The notes beneath the pieces are model-generated. The model was given only the letters and a program-made list of their open reading frames with translations, was not told the origin of the DNA and did not search any database. DNA of 64,000 nucleotides, taken from Tetramitus jugosus (lineage: Eukaryota; Protista; Heterolobosea). Positions 33,629-46,160 of the stretch are shown piece by piece. The first letter of the stretch is position 1. Each line of letters begins with the position of its first letter. The position numbers and the translations under genes are program-made. The DNA lies in the NCBI GenBank assembly GCA_937625935.1, contig OW569358.1, positions 124,001 to 188,000 of the forward strand. Direction: 5' to 3'.

Positions 33629-35109
33629 TCATCCAGTTCTTCTCGTTGTTGCATCTTCTTCCTTGTCACTTCTCTTCCATGAATTGGGAATGTTGAAGAA
33701 AGAGGAGGCAGCTGCAGTCGCACCTGCAGCCAATGCTCCCACGGCAGAGGCCGCTGCTGTTGTCGCAGTTCCTATCACCCCAGTGCCCACAGCTTGTAGT
33801 GTTGCGACAAGTGACCCAGAGGCAACTGCTCCTCCATTAGCCACAGCATAGTACTGCATCATATAAGCTGCCCATGATTTGGCTGCAATACCAGCAGAGG
33901 TGAAGCCAAGTGAATGCACTGCAAAGACAGTTATATAGGGTGCAGCGACCGCTCCAACAGCAGATGCAACCACCACAGTCTTCCATCCAGGTTTATATCC
34001 TTTAGCTTGGCGGAGGAGTGGATTATTCAATGCAGTATTAACGATGTACTGTTTGATACCATCGAAATCCATGTTTATCAACATTTCTACAAGGTTTTTG
34101 TCGCACGTGTAGTCAAATCCCAACGACTGCAACGTTCCACCAAGTCCAAGCTCTGTGAAGAACTTGATATCCGGATACTTCTGTTTGACATGATTGATTG
34201 CTTCTTGCCACCACTCAGTCTTCGGCTTAAGATACCCTAAGCTTGCCAAATTAGATCCCCAAATAGAATCAATTACATCATTGAACACTAATATCGCTTG
34301 ATCACACCGAATGGCATCTGAGAGTGATGCAACTTTCATCAAATGTTGCAATCTTAAATTCCTTGTCGCGGGATTCCAATCTGGGAGAGACTGTCGAACA
34401 ATTGTAAATACCAAATACATTAGGAGGTAAATGAAAACACAAGTACATACAGTTCTACTGAGCAGTGTTTGTCCATGGAGCAAAGAGCGGATCTCTCCCA
34501 TGAGCAACGCCATTTGGCAAGAATGCATTTCGATCATACACCACTGATACATTCTTTGTTGGAAGCAATACATAGAGATCTGGATTGGAGTGAACCCATG
34601 GAGAGTTACTCGACGAGTGATTGGGAATAAAATCAAGCATCAAACTTAATCCGACACTGTTCAGTTTCTTCTTAAATGCAGCGAGATCAGCATCCGTCCC
34701 AACATTTGGATTGCACACATAATCTACCACAGCATCCACACCATTGGCAAAATCAAATTGATAGTAAGGGAAATGGGGACCGAATGATCCTTTCAACGGA
34801 TAAGGTTGTTGTAATTGCCAAACACCTTGCAACCAAACAGTTGTAATCTTTTGATCATGTAGCTTTTGGAGGTCATGTCGTGGAATGTCAGCTAACCTTG
34901 TAATGGGTCTACCGTACTCTTCCGAGAGTTGTTGAAGCCAAGTCAGAGCATATGTACACTTCATACACGATCGCTTCTTTTCCAGTCTCACTTGACCTGT
35001 AGTCTGTTGTCACATGATATCGCTGGTGGTTCGCCAGAGTGAGTGTCAAACAAACCAAGAAGGAACAGACAATGAAACTAAACAGCAAGATGGGAGAATT
35101 GGTTGTCAT
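33629..35109 (-). pseudogene. Secreted GH13 alpha-amylase pseudogene fused in frame to an IFI6/IFI27-like domain
   Basis: Signal peptide; YEV|WLQQLS frameshift; VWLQGVW; LMLDFIPNH; AHGRDP; WTNTAQ*NY|WNP; DAIRCDQA; then LGFTSAGIAAKSWAAYMM...GGAVASGSLVATLQAVG. Confidence 0.75.
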
Positions 35110-35183
35110 TTTTTGAGCGGGATCAAAGGATCTGGATTGTTTTCTTCTGGTTTTGTCACTCGTGAAGAAAACAATTCAGATCC

Positions 35184-36212
35184 ATGGAACGTTGGTTTGT
35201 TGAAAGCGCAGATCATGATCTGAAGCACAGAGCGATTGAAATTTGTTCCGTACTATGCAGGGATACTTGGTCGAAAATTATCGAGTTTTGTGACACTCAT
35301 GAATGGGTACAATTGAGTTACACTTGCAAAGGAATCAATCAATTCAAATTCAATCGATTACTCATGTTCAATAAGGAAAGAACACTAAAACAAATGAGGA
35401 AGCAAGAATTTGAACATTGGCTTCGATTGGGAAAAGGAACATTTTTCAATGTTCACTTCGAGAAGAATCCAGCGTTGGTGAAGGATGAGCATTTCCAATT
35501 TTTGGAAGGCATCCATACCCTTTCTATAAGTGATTGTGAAGAAATAACAGACAATGCCTTCTCTCATTTGACTGGTATTCACACCCTTTACATGAGTCAT
35601 TGCGATCCTATTACAGACAATGCTTTTCGTCATCTGACTGGAATTCACACGCTCGATATAAGTGGTTGCCGGCGGATCACAGACAAGGCATTTAAGCATC
35701 TGACTGGCATTCACACACTTAGTATGAGTTACTGCAAACATATCACAGACAATGCCTTTCATCATTTGACTGGCATCCACACACTTGATATGAGTCATTG
35801 CCAACAAATCACAGATCAAGCAATTTCTCACTTGGTTGGCATTCATAGACTCGATATGAGGTATTGTGATCCTATTACAGACAATGCTTTTCGTTATCTG
35901 ACTGGAATTCACACGCTCGATATAAGTGGTTGCCGGCGGATCACAGACGAGGCATTTAAGTATTTGACGGGCATTCACACACTTGATATGAGTTACTGTA
36001 ACCTTATTACGGACAACGCCTTTCCTCATTTAGTTGGTATTCAGGAGCTCACAATGAATGGGTGCGATCAAAAATCAATCACAGAGAAGGCATTTGTTTA
36101 TTTGAAGGGTATCCACATACTCAGTTGGTCTTCTCCCACCACACGAGACAAGGCCTTACGAAAAAAGGTCGCTGAATTTTTCGAGTCCAGTTCAACAATT
36201 CTGATGCTTTGA
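35184..36212 (+). CDS. F-box-like plus cysteine-containing LRR protein
   Basis: About 8 repeats of 25 aa (LTGIHTLDMSxCxxITDxAFxH); N-terminal DTWSKIIEFC...LSYTCK. Confidence 0.85.
   Translation: MERWFVESADHDLKHRAIEICSVLCRDTWSKIIEFCDTHEWVQLSYTCKGINQFKFNRLLMFNKERTLKQMRKQEFEHWLRLGKGTFFNVHFEKNPALVKDEHFQFLEGIHTLSISDCEEITDNAFSHLTGIHTLYMSHCDPITDNAFRHLTGIHTLDISGCRRITDKAFKHLTGIHTLSMSYCKHITDNAFHHLTGIHTLDMSHCQQITDQAISHLVGIHRLDMRYCDPITDNAFRYLTGIHTLDISGCRRITDEAFKYLTGIHTLDMSYCNLITDNAFPHLVGIQELTMNGCDQKSITEKAFVYLKGIHILSWSSPTTRDKALRKKVAEFFESSSTILML
35500..36125 (+). repeat. 75-bp tandem coding repeat (LRR units) with near-identical higher-order duplication
   Basis: Block gatcctattacagacaatgcttttcgt..ctgactggaattcacacgctcgatataagtggttgccggcggatcacagac occurs at about 35604 and about 35868. 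Confidence 0.85.
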
Positions 36213-36215
36213 GTG

Positions 36216-39200
36216 CTAGCTAATTTGCTTGTACAAACTATGACCAGAGAATTGTTTCCTAACATCAAACACAGTTATCCATTTTCTGCCCTTCCCGGCA
36301 ATGAATAAGTACTCGAAAGTCGTGAACAGAAAGATCTGAACTAAGCCAAAACAAAACAGCTCCAACTGATAGCGGAAGGGTAGATCGGCTAGTTGCAAAG
36401 CACGTCTCGTCCATGAATCTGGTGCAAATGTGATATAAACTGTGCAGCAGAAGAGGATGGCAAGAGAAAACAGGTAAGGCAAGTTCGTGTACAGTGGCTT
36501 CTTGAACGGCTTGGAGATGGAGTAGGACAGAGCAGAACCAATGGTTTGATAAGTTGCCATTAGAAATACACTTGTCGTTTCGGCGCATAATACATTCCTC
36601 TTGCTATTTGGCAATGGTTGCAATGGAATGAACCATGATTGTGTTGACAAGTACAATAATATTAGAGCCTGGATTCCAAATGATATGACGAGCTGGAACA
36701 ACATTGAAGCAAATGTGGCAATGGAAAGAAGGGATCCTGATGGTTTGTTTCTTGATAATGTGTCTACTGGCTCCGTATAACTTGTTAGAAACACCACAGG
36801 CATAATGATAGCAATATCAATAAACAGAAACTAAGCAAATGGGAAAACAAAGTTAAACTACGTAAGCACGAGGTGGATTGATGAAAAACATAGAAAGGAT
36901 TCTGAGGACATACCTGAGAGTCACCTAAATCAGAGTTGATCCTGTAGAGCAGAATAACCGCAAAGAACTGAATGAATGAATAGCACGACATGAACTTAAA
37001 GAGCTGAAAGCTTAACGATAGCGCGGCACGACCCTCCCGAATCAACTTTGGTACGCACGATATGGTTGGATGGAGCGAAGTAAATGGAGCACTCATTCCT
37101 GTTTCAACCTCTGATAGAGATAATCCAACATCACTTCCACTGAGTGCTGATGTATCATTTACACCATCTCCACAGAACCCAACTGAATAATCAATGTTCT
37201 GCAACTGCTCAACTAGACACAACTTCTGATTGGGAGACATGCGAGCATAGACATGACATCGCAGGAGAATTCGCTGTAAATCAGAAAATGATGTCTGAAA
37301 ATTGTGATGCTTGTGTTGGTGGACCAAGTAATCAAAGGCGGATCCAGAAACGACTACCTCAATACTCGCTGGATCCATCGTCAATAGAGTCTTTGTATCA
37401 ATGGATTCGTTTGAAGTCGTATTTACCCATTCAATACCCATATAATGTAAATGCTCATCACTTGCGACCACACTTGAAACAAATATGACCTTGGTAGAAT
37501 CTATAATTCCACTGTGTCTTGCAACTGCAAGTGCCGTATGTGCGTTATCTCCTGTAACCATAACGGTGTTAATATTTGCTCGCTTCAACTCTTGAATGGC
37601 GGATATTGTGTCACGCTTGAGATTATTCTGGAGAACTACCAAACCAAGAAAAGATACATCTCGTTCTAAGTCGTCTCTCTCTCCATCAATCTCTGTTGGA
37701 GAAATCTCCTTGAATGCGACAGCAAGGACTCTGTATCCTCTGGACACATAATTTTGGAGAACATCCGCATAACTATCGGGTAGTGTACTGCGATCTGATA
37801 GGTTATGAACAATCTCAGGAGATCCCTTCATTAGTAAATAAGTTCGTTCTGTGTTTCTATCTTGTGCGATTACAGACATTCTCTGAAGAGATGATTGGAA
37901 TTCGAACCTTGTGATAATTTCGAGCTCAACCTTCTCAGAAAGATCATTATCCCTCTTTACAATTGTGTTCGGTGATTGATCGCCTGCATTGATGAGTTGA
38001 CCCTTTATCGATTTAAACACTTCAACTTCCATTGGATCTCCAACTAGCACATCTTTCATATGCACCAAATTGTTACATCCCAACAGACCAAATGCAAGAT
38101 ACTTTCCAGCATCACTCACCTCAAGTAATGTTTCAAACACCCTGTCAGATACTAGATCAAAATCTTGCGAGCTTTTTGGCCAAACTCCCACGAGTTCAAC
38201 TCCCGGCTCAGTCAACGTACCTGTCTTATCAAAACACATACATGTGAGTTTTCCTGCAACATTGACCTTTGATGGTGCGATACAATATATTTTCTGTCTT
38301 TTTAGTCTCCACACTGCAAAACTGATACCAACTGTCATTGCCATGGGCAGAGCTGGAGGAACAACAATTGTAATAACATCTAATGCTCTCAATACAAGCA
38401 TACCAGAAGGCACACCCATTTTTGCCAGCCTAATCACCGAGTAAATGATTCCTGCTAAACCAAACAGCGACATGATACCAATAAATATAAATGAATCTCG
38501 ATAAAAGGAAAAGTAGGATGACTTTGGATACAAGATTGATAGTAAAATCTTCCCCTTTGTCGTATCAAAGCCTGTTCTCGAACAAACAGCATATACCTCC
38601 TCTGATCCAGTAGTTTGCAGAACTTTTGTACCTGAAAATAACGTATGAGAAGAATGTGTCTTTGGATCATACTTGATACTCGAAGCGTGAGGTACGGGTG
38701 TTTTCATTACTGGTACCCCCTCGCCGGTAAGCATGGATTCATCTATCAAACACTGACCAGACAACAGCACCATGTCGCATGCGAGATGCATTCCCTCCCT
38801 TACCACTACCACGTCACCTGGTACTAAATGATCAGACTGAATAGATCTCGTAGCTCGATTTCGCACGATGTCAACAAATGAACGTGTAGACGACATCTCA
38901 TTCAATGTAATCAAATTACTTCTTGTTTCCATTAGACTGCTCACAACAGACAACACACTGGACAAAATAATGACTGATGAATACAAGTAATATTCATCAC
39001 ACATCCATATAATCACACTCACCAACTGAAATAAATAAAATGGATGCAAAATTTCATCCAACAACAAATACAACATATTCTTCACCGGTATCTCTGTTGA
39101 GTTCTCTCCATAAAACACCTTGCAAAGTGCTCTCTCATGCATACTTGTTGCACTTCCTTCATTTGCCGCTCTCATTTGAGACAATGTCGCTCCTCGGTCG

Positions 39201-39795
39201 TAAAGTTTTCGACTCATGAATCGACTGCTACCACTCTCGTACACAAAGCATTTTCTTCGGAAGAACAAGAAGCGAACCATTGTTGGTTTCTCGTTTGCTC
39301 TCTCATTCAAAAACACCATTTTCTCTGTCACGGGACACAGCTCGAATGAACCGTCATTCCTACATTCAATGAACACCAAATCACAATGTCCAAAGCTCTT
39401 GGTTCTCCTATGAGTCAACAGTAGTTTCAATCGAGGAAACCAACGACCCATCAGAAACACTATGCCCAACGAAACAACACATAAAACAATGTAAATGAAT
39501 TGAAGCACCGAATGACTCTTGTAAGGAATCCACTCTCCTGTTTCCTATATTCTCCCCCCAGAGAAACAGTTTCTTGTGTGTAAACACAGAGTCCATTTTT
39601 CCCACAAACAACACAAGACAAACAACATACGTGAATTTGGTTGAAATCATCAGAGTGATTGCCATTACTGTTCACAACATCCAGAAACTGCAAAATGGAC
39701 GAGTCATCATTGGGAGGACAAGAAATCTGTGGTTGAGTTGTTGTCTCATTCTCTGACATTGCCAAATCAATTTCTCCTTCGAGTAAGGAAGACAT
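36216..39795 (-). CDS. P5B-type ATPase (ATP13A family), spliced
   Basis: PFYLFQ, DESMLTGE, VPPALP, CFDKTGTLT, KGSPE, MVTGDN, ARMSPNQK, FCGDGVND; introns near 39535-39630 and 36820-36913. Confidence 0.93.
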
Positions 39796-40151
39796 CTTGT
39801 CTCGTTTCTGGGCTGGTGAAGATGTCACACGAAAAACACGAATTCGGAGTTTTATTGTTCTCTCACTCTCATGCTTGAACCAACATGGACACTGAATGAT
39901 GTTTTTCTTATTGGCTCCCGAGTCTGGTTTTAGCCACACGAATCTCATACCATCAACAGGAATGTCGTAGTAGTCGGTCGTAGTTCTCAAGGAACTGACT
40001 GCTCTATCCGAAGCTTCCAACTCCAAAATTAACTCTCCTCCCAGCTGCAGAACGAAAACACAAAATTCCTTCCAAAAAACGACCAAAAAACCAACAAAAA
40101 AATCGTCAAACAACAACCATCAAACAACAAGCAAACAACAAGCAAACAATC

Positions 40152-40898
40152 ATGAGAAGGTTACTAGGAGGCAATAAACCATACACTGGTCCAACACTTG
40201 ACGAAACATCGACTCGTCTCGGTGATCGAGCACTTGTCATTGACAAAAAAATTGCTCAAATCGAACAGGAACTAGCCAAGATTCGCGACCAAATCAAACA
40301 GAGTCGAAGCAAAGCACAACAAGACGCTCTAAAGAAACGAGCACTACCACTATTGAAACAAAAGAAAATGTATGAAAAACAACGTGATTCACTCTATGGT
40401 CAACAATCCAATTTGGATCAAGCCGTGTTTGCTCACACGTCAGTCAAGGACTCGATTGACACTGTTGATGCGATGAAACATGCACAGAAACAAATGAAAA
40501 AGGACTTTAAAAAGATGGATATTGGAAAGGTGGAGAGATTGCAGGATGATATGATGGATCTCATGCAAGATGCAAACGATTTTCAAGAAGTGTTGAGCAG
40601 AGCGTATGATACGCCTGATTATGTAGATGATGATGAACTGTTGGAAGAGTTGGAAGGATTGGATGGTGAATTGTTTGCTGATAGTGATGCTTCGTATTTG
40701 GACGATTTGTCAATGCCTAGTCACGTTCCATCATCCGGTGGTGGTGGTGGTCATGCAGTTCGAGAACCACAGCAGACAAGATATCCTGCATATGCCAGTG
40801 GAGGAGGTTATGGTAGCAGTGGAGGTGGCGGTGGTGGTCGATCCAATGTCTCTCAACAACAATTGCAATCTCTGGAAGATGAGTTGGGATTGCTGTAA
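40152..40898 (+). CDS. VPS60: ESCRT-III Snf7-family protein CHMP5/Vps60
   Basis: MRRLLG, KKRALPLLKQKKMYEKQRD, EVLSRAYDTPDYVDDDELLEEL. Confidence 0.9.
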   Translation: MRRLLGGNKPYTGPTLDETSTRLGDRALVIDKKIAQIEQELAKIRDQIKQSRSKAQQDALKKRALPLLKQKKMYEKQRDSLYGQQSNLDQAVFAHTSVKDSIDTVDAMKHAQKQMKKDFKKMDIGKVERLQDDMMDLMQDANDFQEVLSRAYDTPDYVDDDELLEELEGLDGELFADSDASYLDDLSMPSHVPSSGGGGGHAVREPQQTRYPAYASGGGYGSSGGGGGGRSNVSQQQLQSLEDELGLL

Positions 40899-41084
40899 GT
40901 TTGTTGTTTGTGAAAACAAACGAATGAACGAACGGACGGACAGATGAATGGAAGATGAGTGTTGTACAATATTTAAGAGAGAGAGAGATGTAAAGATGAA
41001 AAATCTGGACAATTCAGAATAAATAACAAGTCAAAGAATCAAACATCATCATCAATTGATTATCAACCAGCGGAGAAGACAACT

Positions 41085-41918
41085 TTATTGCTTCTTCTTG
41101 TTTTGTTGCTCGATAGCAGATTGCAATGTCAATTGAACATCCTTGGTGAGCTTTGCGACATCCAATGTGCCAAACTCGTCCAACAGTTCATTCAATTTCC
41201 AGGTCACACTCCCCGTTTGAGCTTCATCATTCAACAAGTATCTTTTGATCAAGTGATTCGACGGTTTCAATGACACAATTTTCAATGTATAATCAGGGCA
41301 ATCACGATCATTTTCAAATGCAATGTGAACTTCAGCACGAATCACATGAGAAACGGAAGGATGGCCACTGCTGCTGCTGTTGCTGCTGCTGATTGTTTTG
41401 ACCTTTGAGAGAAAAATGGTTGATTTCTCAATGTACATGGCCACGAGTTGCACCAACACACCCAATACAACATAGCTACACCGCCGTAGTAGATGAACGA
41501 AAAGTTCCGAGATCAACAAAAAAAAAGACACACACATGCAAGCAACATATCAACAAAATGCAGTGTTAAGATCTCACTCACTCATTCACTCATTCACTCA
41601 CTCATATATAGATAGATAGCAAACAATAAAAAAATGGACGTACATGGCACATAGTATCATCACTAGGGTCGCATCATTCTTGAAATAGGCAGCAATAGCA
41701 CTACCACATGCTATTAATCCCAACAAAATCTTGACATTGCTCGTCGTCAAATCTTCCTCGTACTGTTCTTGATCAAACAAGACATTTCGAATGTTTTTGT
41801 CAATTTTTTGTCGAACAGATCCAAAATCATAGACATTGATGGGTGCGGCATCTGGAGGAATCGTGTGTGCACTGTAAGAGTTTGATGGTGCTGATGATGA
41901 TTCAGATGATGATGACAT
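41085..41918 (-). CDS. SPCS2: Signal peptidase complex subunit 2 (SPC25), one intron
   Basis: INVYDFGSVRQKIDK, YEEDLTTSNVKILLG, two TM helices, ELLDEFGTL. Confidence 0.8.
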
Positions 41919-42277
41919 GTCTTTGTGTTTTGGTTGGATGTGTTTGAATATTGTGGTTTTGATCCAGAAGAAAAAAATCGCTTGTGGCGGACAATTAGCT
42001 TTTAAAATCGGTGTAATCTCAGACGAATACAGACACAGTAGTTGCTTAAGAACATAAGGGACTGTTTATTTGGCATAAAGCAGCCATGGAAGTCCAAGTC
42101 TGGTGTGTGTGTGATGACACCTGCACACAAGCATGTGAGTAGTGTTGACAAGCCCATGGTGACACATGCACGGGGCGCATGTTCTTGACCATAACATCGG
42201 TGTCAGTGGTAGCACGGAGGGTAACCAATGATTGAAATGAAAGCAGAAGTGAGCCTAATTTGGTTTGGTGGTTATTC

Positions 42278-43900
42278 TCAAATCTCATTCTCCACATTCT
42301 TGGGAACAATTGGAGCATCATGGTCCGAAAGGTTTAGAATTTTTGTTCCTACTTTTTCGGTGAAGTACCTATCATGTGTTGCAGCTATAATTATGCCAGG
42401 AAAACTTAATAAAGCTTCTTCTATAACCTCTAAACTAGGAAAATCAATATGGTTTGTAGGCTCGTCCAAGAGAAGAATTGAACTCTTTCTCATGATTATT
42501 TGGCAAAGTTGTACCTTCCGGCGACATCCTATGCTCAGTTCTCTCATAGGACTCTTGAGGTCATGCCATGTGTAAATCCCAAAGTTACATAAATTGCCTA
42601 TTGCTCCCTTCTTAGTTGCTTTAATTAATGGATCTTCCATTAATAACGACACAGGTGATTTGTCTAAAGGCATACTTTCCTGCTCTTGATCTAAATATCC
42701 AATAACTGCGTTGTTGCTGATATTAATACTCCCTTCATCTGCTTGGGTTAGGTCCATAATAATTCGCATAAGCGTGCTTTTTCCAGAGCCATTAGGTCCT
42801 TGTATGATAAGTCTATCTCCACTCACTATAGTAAAAGATACATCACGAAACAGAGGTTTCGCATAGGATTTAGCAATATGAGATACATCAATACTAAGGG
42901 AGGATGAACTAAAAGTGGAGGCATCAAATGAAATTTTGGTTCTCTCCGGTATAATATCCACTAGGGTCTCAGTTAAATGTTCTTGCTTCCTTGTGAGTTG
43001 GTTAAAAGCTTTCGTGGTCCCCTTTTGCACCCTTTGTTCTTGGTTATTATAGCTTAGTTTATCTCTATCACTGCTGTCTCTAATCTTTCTATCTTTCATC
43101 TTTGATTTTAGTTGGCCAGATTTTTGTTTTAGTATTTTGAGTTCTTTATCTTGCTGCAGGCGTTCCTGGATGGATCTTTGTCGCTTCTTTTCTTCGTGAG
43201 CTAAATAATTCTCGTACCCTCCCTTAAAGTGTACAAACTTCTTTGTATGAGGAGAAAGCTCAGAAATTCGATTCGAAACAACATTAATTAGACTTCGGTC
43301 ATGAGTAACCATAACGACTCCCCCATCGTATTCTTCTAAGAAATTTTCCAACCATTCAATTCCTTGCGTATCAAGATGGTTTGTGGGTTCATCTAATAAG
43401 ATGATGTCGGGTCTCATAATACTAAGCGCACATAACAGAATCTTTGTTTTCTCACCACCGCTCAGATTCATAAAAAGCTCTTCAAGCAGGTTGTTTGCTA
43501 GTCCGATTAGGTTTGTTTGTCGAAATATCTCATATCCTCCCAAAGAATTTAACTCCTGGTACCATTCTGAAGAAAGTGGTTGATGGGGCTGTTCTAAGAA
43601 ATGTTGAATCTCTGGATCATTTAGATGTCTTAGTAAAGTGATAATTGCTGGTTCGTCACTGGCAATTTCTTCAAAATGTTGGGGAAGAAAACCAATTTCT
43701 CCCTCGATAGAAACAGAACCTGAATTCAAGACGTAGTCCACACCACTCAAGAGACGTAAGAAAGTCGTCTTTCCACATCCATTCTCACCCACGATTGTCA
43801 CTTTATCTCCTCTTGCCAAAGAAAAATCTAAGTCATCAAATAGACATTTGTTTTCAAAGGATAGAGACAAATTGCTGATTGAAATTCCTGGTGTTTTCAT
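42278..43900 (-). CDS. ABC-F family ATPase, bacterial type
   Basis: Two NBDs (GENGCGKTT/LSGGE/LLDEPTNHLD/THDR and GPNGSGKST/LSIGC/LLDEPTNHID/THDR), charged linker, no TM segments, no introns. Confidence 0.92.
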   Translation of the reverse strand: MKTPGISISNLSLSFENKCLFDDLDFSLARGDKVTIVGENGCGKTTFLRLLSGVDYVLNSGSVSIEGEIGFLPQHFEEIASDEPAIITLLRHLNDPEIQHFLEQPHQPLSSEWYQELNSLGGYEIFRQTNLIGLANNLLEELFMNLSGGEKTKILLCALSIMRPDIILLDEPTNHLDTQGIEWLENFLEEYDGGVVMVTHDRSLINVVSNRISELSPHTKKFVHFKGGYENYLAHEEKKRQRSIQERLQQDKELKILKQKSGQLKSKMKDRKIRDSSDRDKLSYNNQEQRVQKGTTKAFNQLTRKQEHLTETLVDIIPERTKISFDASTFSSSSLSIDVSHIAKSYAKPLFRDVSFTIVSGDRLIIQGPNGSGKSTLMRIIMDLTQADEGSINISNNAVIGYLDQEQESMPLDKSPVSLLMEDPLIKATKKGAIGNLCNFGIYTWHDLKSPMRELSIGCRRKVQLCQIIMRKSSILLLDEPTNHIDFPSLEVIEEALLSFPGIIIAATHDRYFTEKVGTKILNLSDHDAPIVPKNVENEI

Positions 43901-43999
43901 GTTGTTGTTGTTGTTGTTGACTTGCTTTTGTTATTCTTGATGAATCATCTTCCGGAAACCAAGATTTATCTCAATCAAACATCGCATTCCGAAATGCAG

Positions 44000-44560
44000 C
44001 CAGATTACTAGCAAAAATACAATTCGTGTGTTGTGACATTTCAGGAATGATATTTCTGGTCTTTTGCCAAAGGAACACTCCGCTCGCGTCCGAGGCAAGG
44101 ATCAAGGAGAAAAGACGGAGCACCGGGCGTTACTCCCGGATTAAAAGCAGTTTACCTGCACTTCTCCGTAATAGGTGTGCTTTCATTCAATCCAGAGATT
44201 CCAGATCCTTTTGATGATTTGGACGCTGCACTCCTCGATTCCTCCCCATTCACACCTGAATGAAGTTGTGAGTTTCAATTTGGTATTCGAGAACAACGGA
44301 TGATATCACTGTTGCAACTATTGCTCCCGCCACCGTCTACGGAATCTCCAAGGGGCCATTCAGGAAGACCCCATGTTCAAGTGAATTGTCTTACCATAGC
44401 TGTTGCAAACAAGAAATCCTTCATGGACCTCAATCAACGTACGCGTTTTGCATAGAAATAGCGCTGTGGCTAATAGATCTAAGAAGATTGGTTGGAGACT
44501 ATCTGGTACAGATATTTATCAGACCGTTGAGGAGGAGGATTCCTGGTTAAAGAATGGAGA
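44000..44560 (+). pseudogene. NAD-dependent epimerase/dehydratase-like relic
   Basis: Fragments VYLHFSVIGVL, VATIAPATVYGISKGPF, WTSINV, ANRSKKIGWR..TDIYQTVEEE across frameshifts. Confidence 0.45.
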
Positions 44561-44639
44561 CTTGCCCCAAAATCGTCTGTCTACCAAGACAATAAATTAG
44601 AAGTACAGTTAACTGATCAATATTTGTGAACAGAGTGTA

Positions 44640-46160
44640 GTACATGTACAAAGATACAAAATGTTACATCCCGTGCACAAGCAAGTGGTCCACCAGTTAG
44701 AACAAGTGACTCCATGTACACTGTATGCCTTTGGATTCGCATCATTGGGTCAACTTCGATGGATACCACTCGTTCACCCGAGTAGTTTTGATAAGTGGGG
44801 CACTCCTCATCACGCGCACTGCGTTAGTGTGCAGAGCTACCAATGTTTTGTCGTGTCTGTGAGAAATTGTTTGTTTTTATTTGAAATATCGTAAAATAAC
44901 CCATCGTTTGGGTACAAGGGTTTCATACTGGGTTTATTAAGGTCAAAGCCAAAGCGAACAAACTCGTTGACACAGCTGTTTCACGAGAAGAATGCAGGTC
45001 TGCCCAGACATCCCAACCACATACACCAGGCACACGGACCCTCAAACCACGGGATCCCGTCCATGGTTGAGGCTTGTCACAGGTTAAACTGGTGCATGTG
45101 TGAAAAAACATTTAAGTAAAATACAAAGCAATTAAATGAGAAAAATTCACCAAATAAAGGTGGAAGTGGACTTCATATCTCTACAGTAAGTACTTCCACG
45201 ACACTATGACAAGAATTTTCTCCTTTTAATTCACAATCACAACCAACATCACAGAGAACCTGGGGCAGTAGAGTCAATGATGAAAACATCTTTCTGGAAG
45301 AGCATTTACACAAGACATGAGAGATTTTCGTACCAAGGAAAGGATACCCAATTATGCATCGTTCATGTCAGTTCTGGCCTCGGCTGTGTTCATCATGATA
45401 GAATCTTTACCATTTTTATGCTACCCGTACAACTGCTTTGTTTCACAGGCACTCTGGGCGAGAATGTCATTGAGCCACACACACTTGATTCTCAATATTT
45501 CCAGGTCGCCATAAGATTGTGGCAGGTTATCATTCCTTTCAAATCTTGAATCAAATGGCTCGATAGTTTGGGAATGGATACAACTCCGCGAAGATTCTCA
45601 CCACAAATTGCTCGTTTGGGAAATCAATTTGGCCGACAAGAACAAAAAAATTCGAAATGCGAAAGGTAATCAAACAACGGAAGAAGAAGGATAGTGAAGA
45701 TGGGACGCCTTCTACACCGACGAGTCCCATGCCTCTCAAGAGGCGCTCCACAAAGCGACAATACAAAAAAGAGATTGCCATAGAAAATGCCAAAGTCAAA
45801 AAGCAACAACGCATGGACAACTCCAAGAAAACAAAGAAGAGATCACGGAAGGAGACAAGCAATGATGATGATCACTTTGAAACCAATGAGCAAAAAGGTG
45901 GAGACGCAGCCAACAAGTTTGTTGACAAGGAATTGAAATGTGTGTATCATTCAATTTCTTTGCGGACATGCATGTATTTCTTTTGACCTATCAAGCATAC
46001 TAACAATTCAATGCACTTCTCAGCCAACCAAACTGTAACATTATTCAGCCGAAGCTTGCATGTCAGAGAAATTCACAGGCGCTTCGAGAAGCAGAAAAGC
46101 TCCTGATTCTTAAGAAAGGTCAAGCTTTGTTCACAACGGAATTTTTGAAGCGGAACGACT
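44640..46160 (+). pseudogene. Possible decayed MULE-like transposase region
   Basis: GFASLGQLRWI...GT...QCFVVSV and KYFHDTM...TTNITE fragments with many stops; basic C-terminal ORF 45657-45986. Confidence 0.25.

Noticed and set aside
41574-41605. (CACT/CATT)n tract and the many CAA/TAG/CAT triplet runs
   Set aside because: An intronic microsatellite and coding low-complexity tracts typical of this genome.
42046-42240. GC-richer stretch with small hairpins and (TG)n downstream of ABC-F as a structured RNA or element end
   Set aside because: Stems are short, there is no second copy in the window and no recognisable motif.
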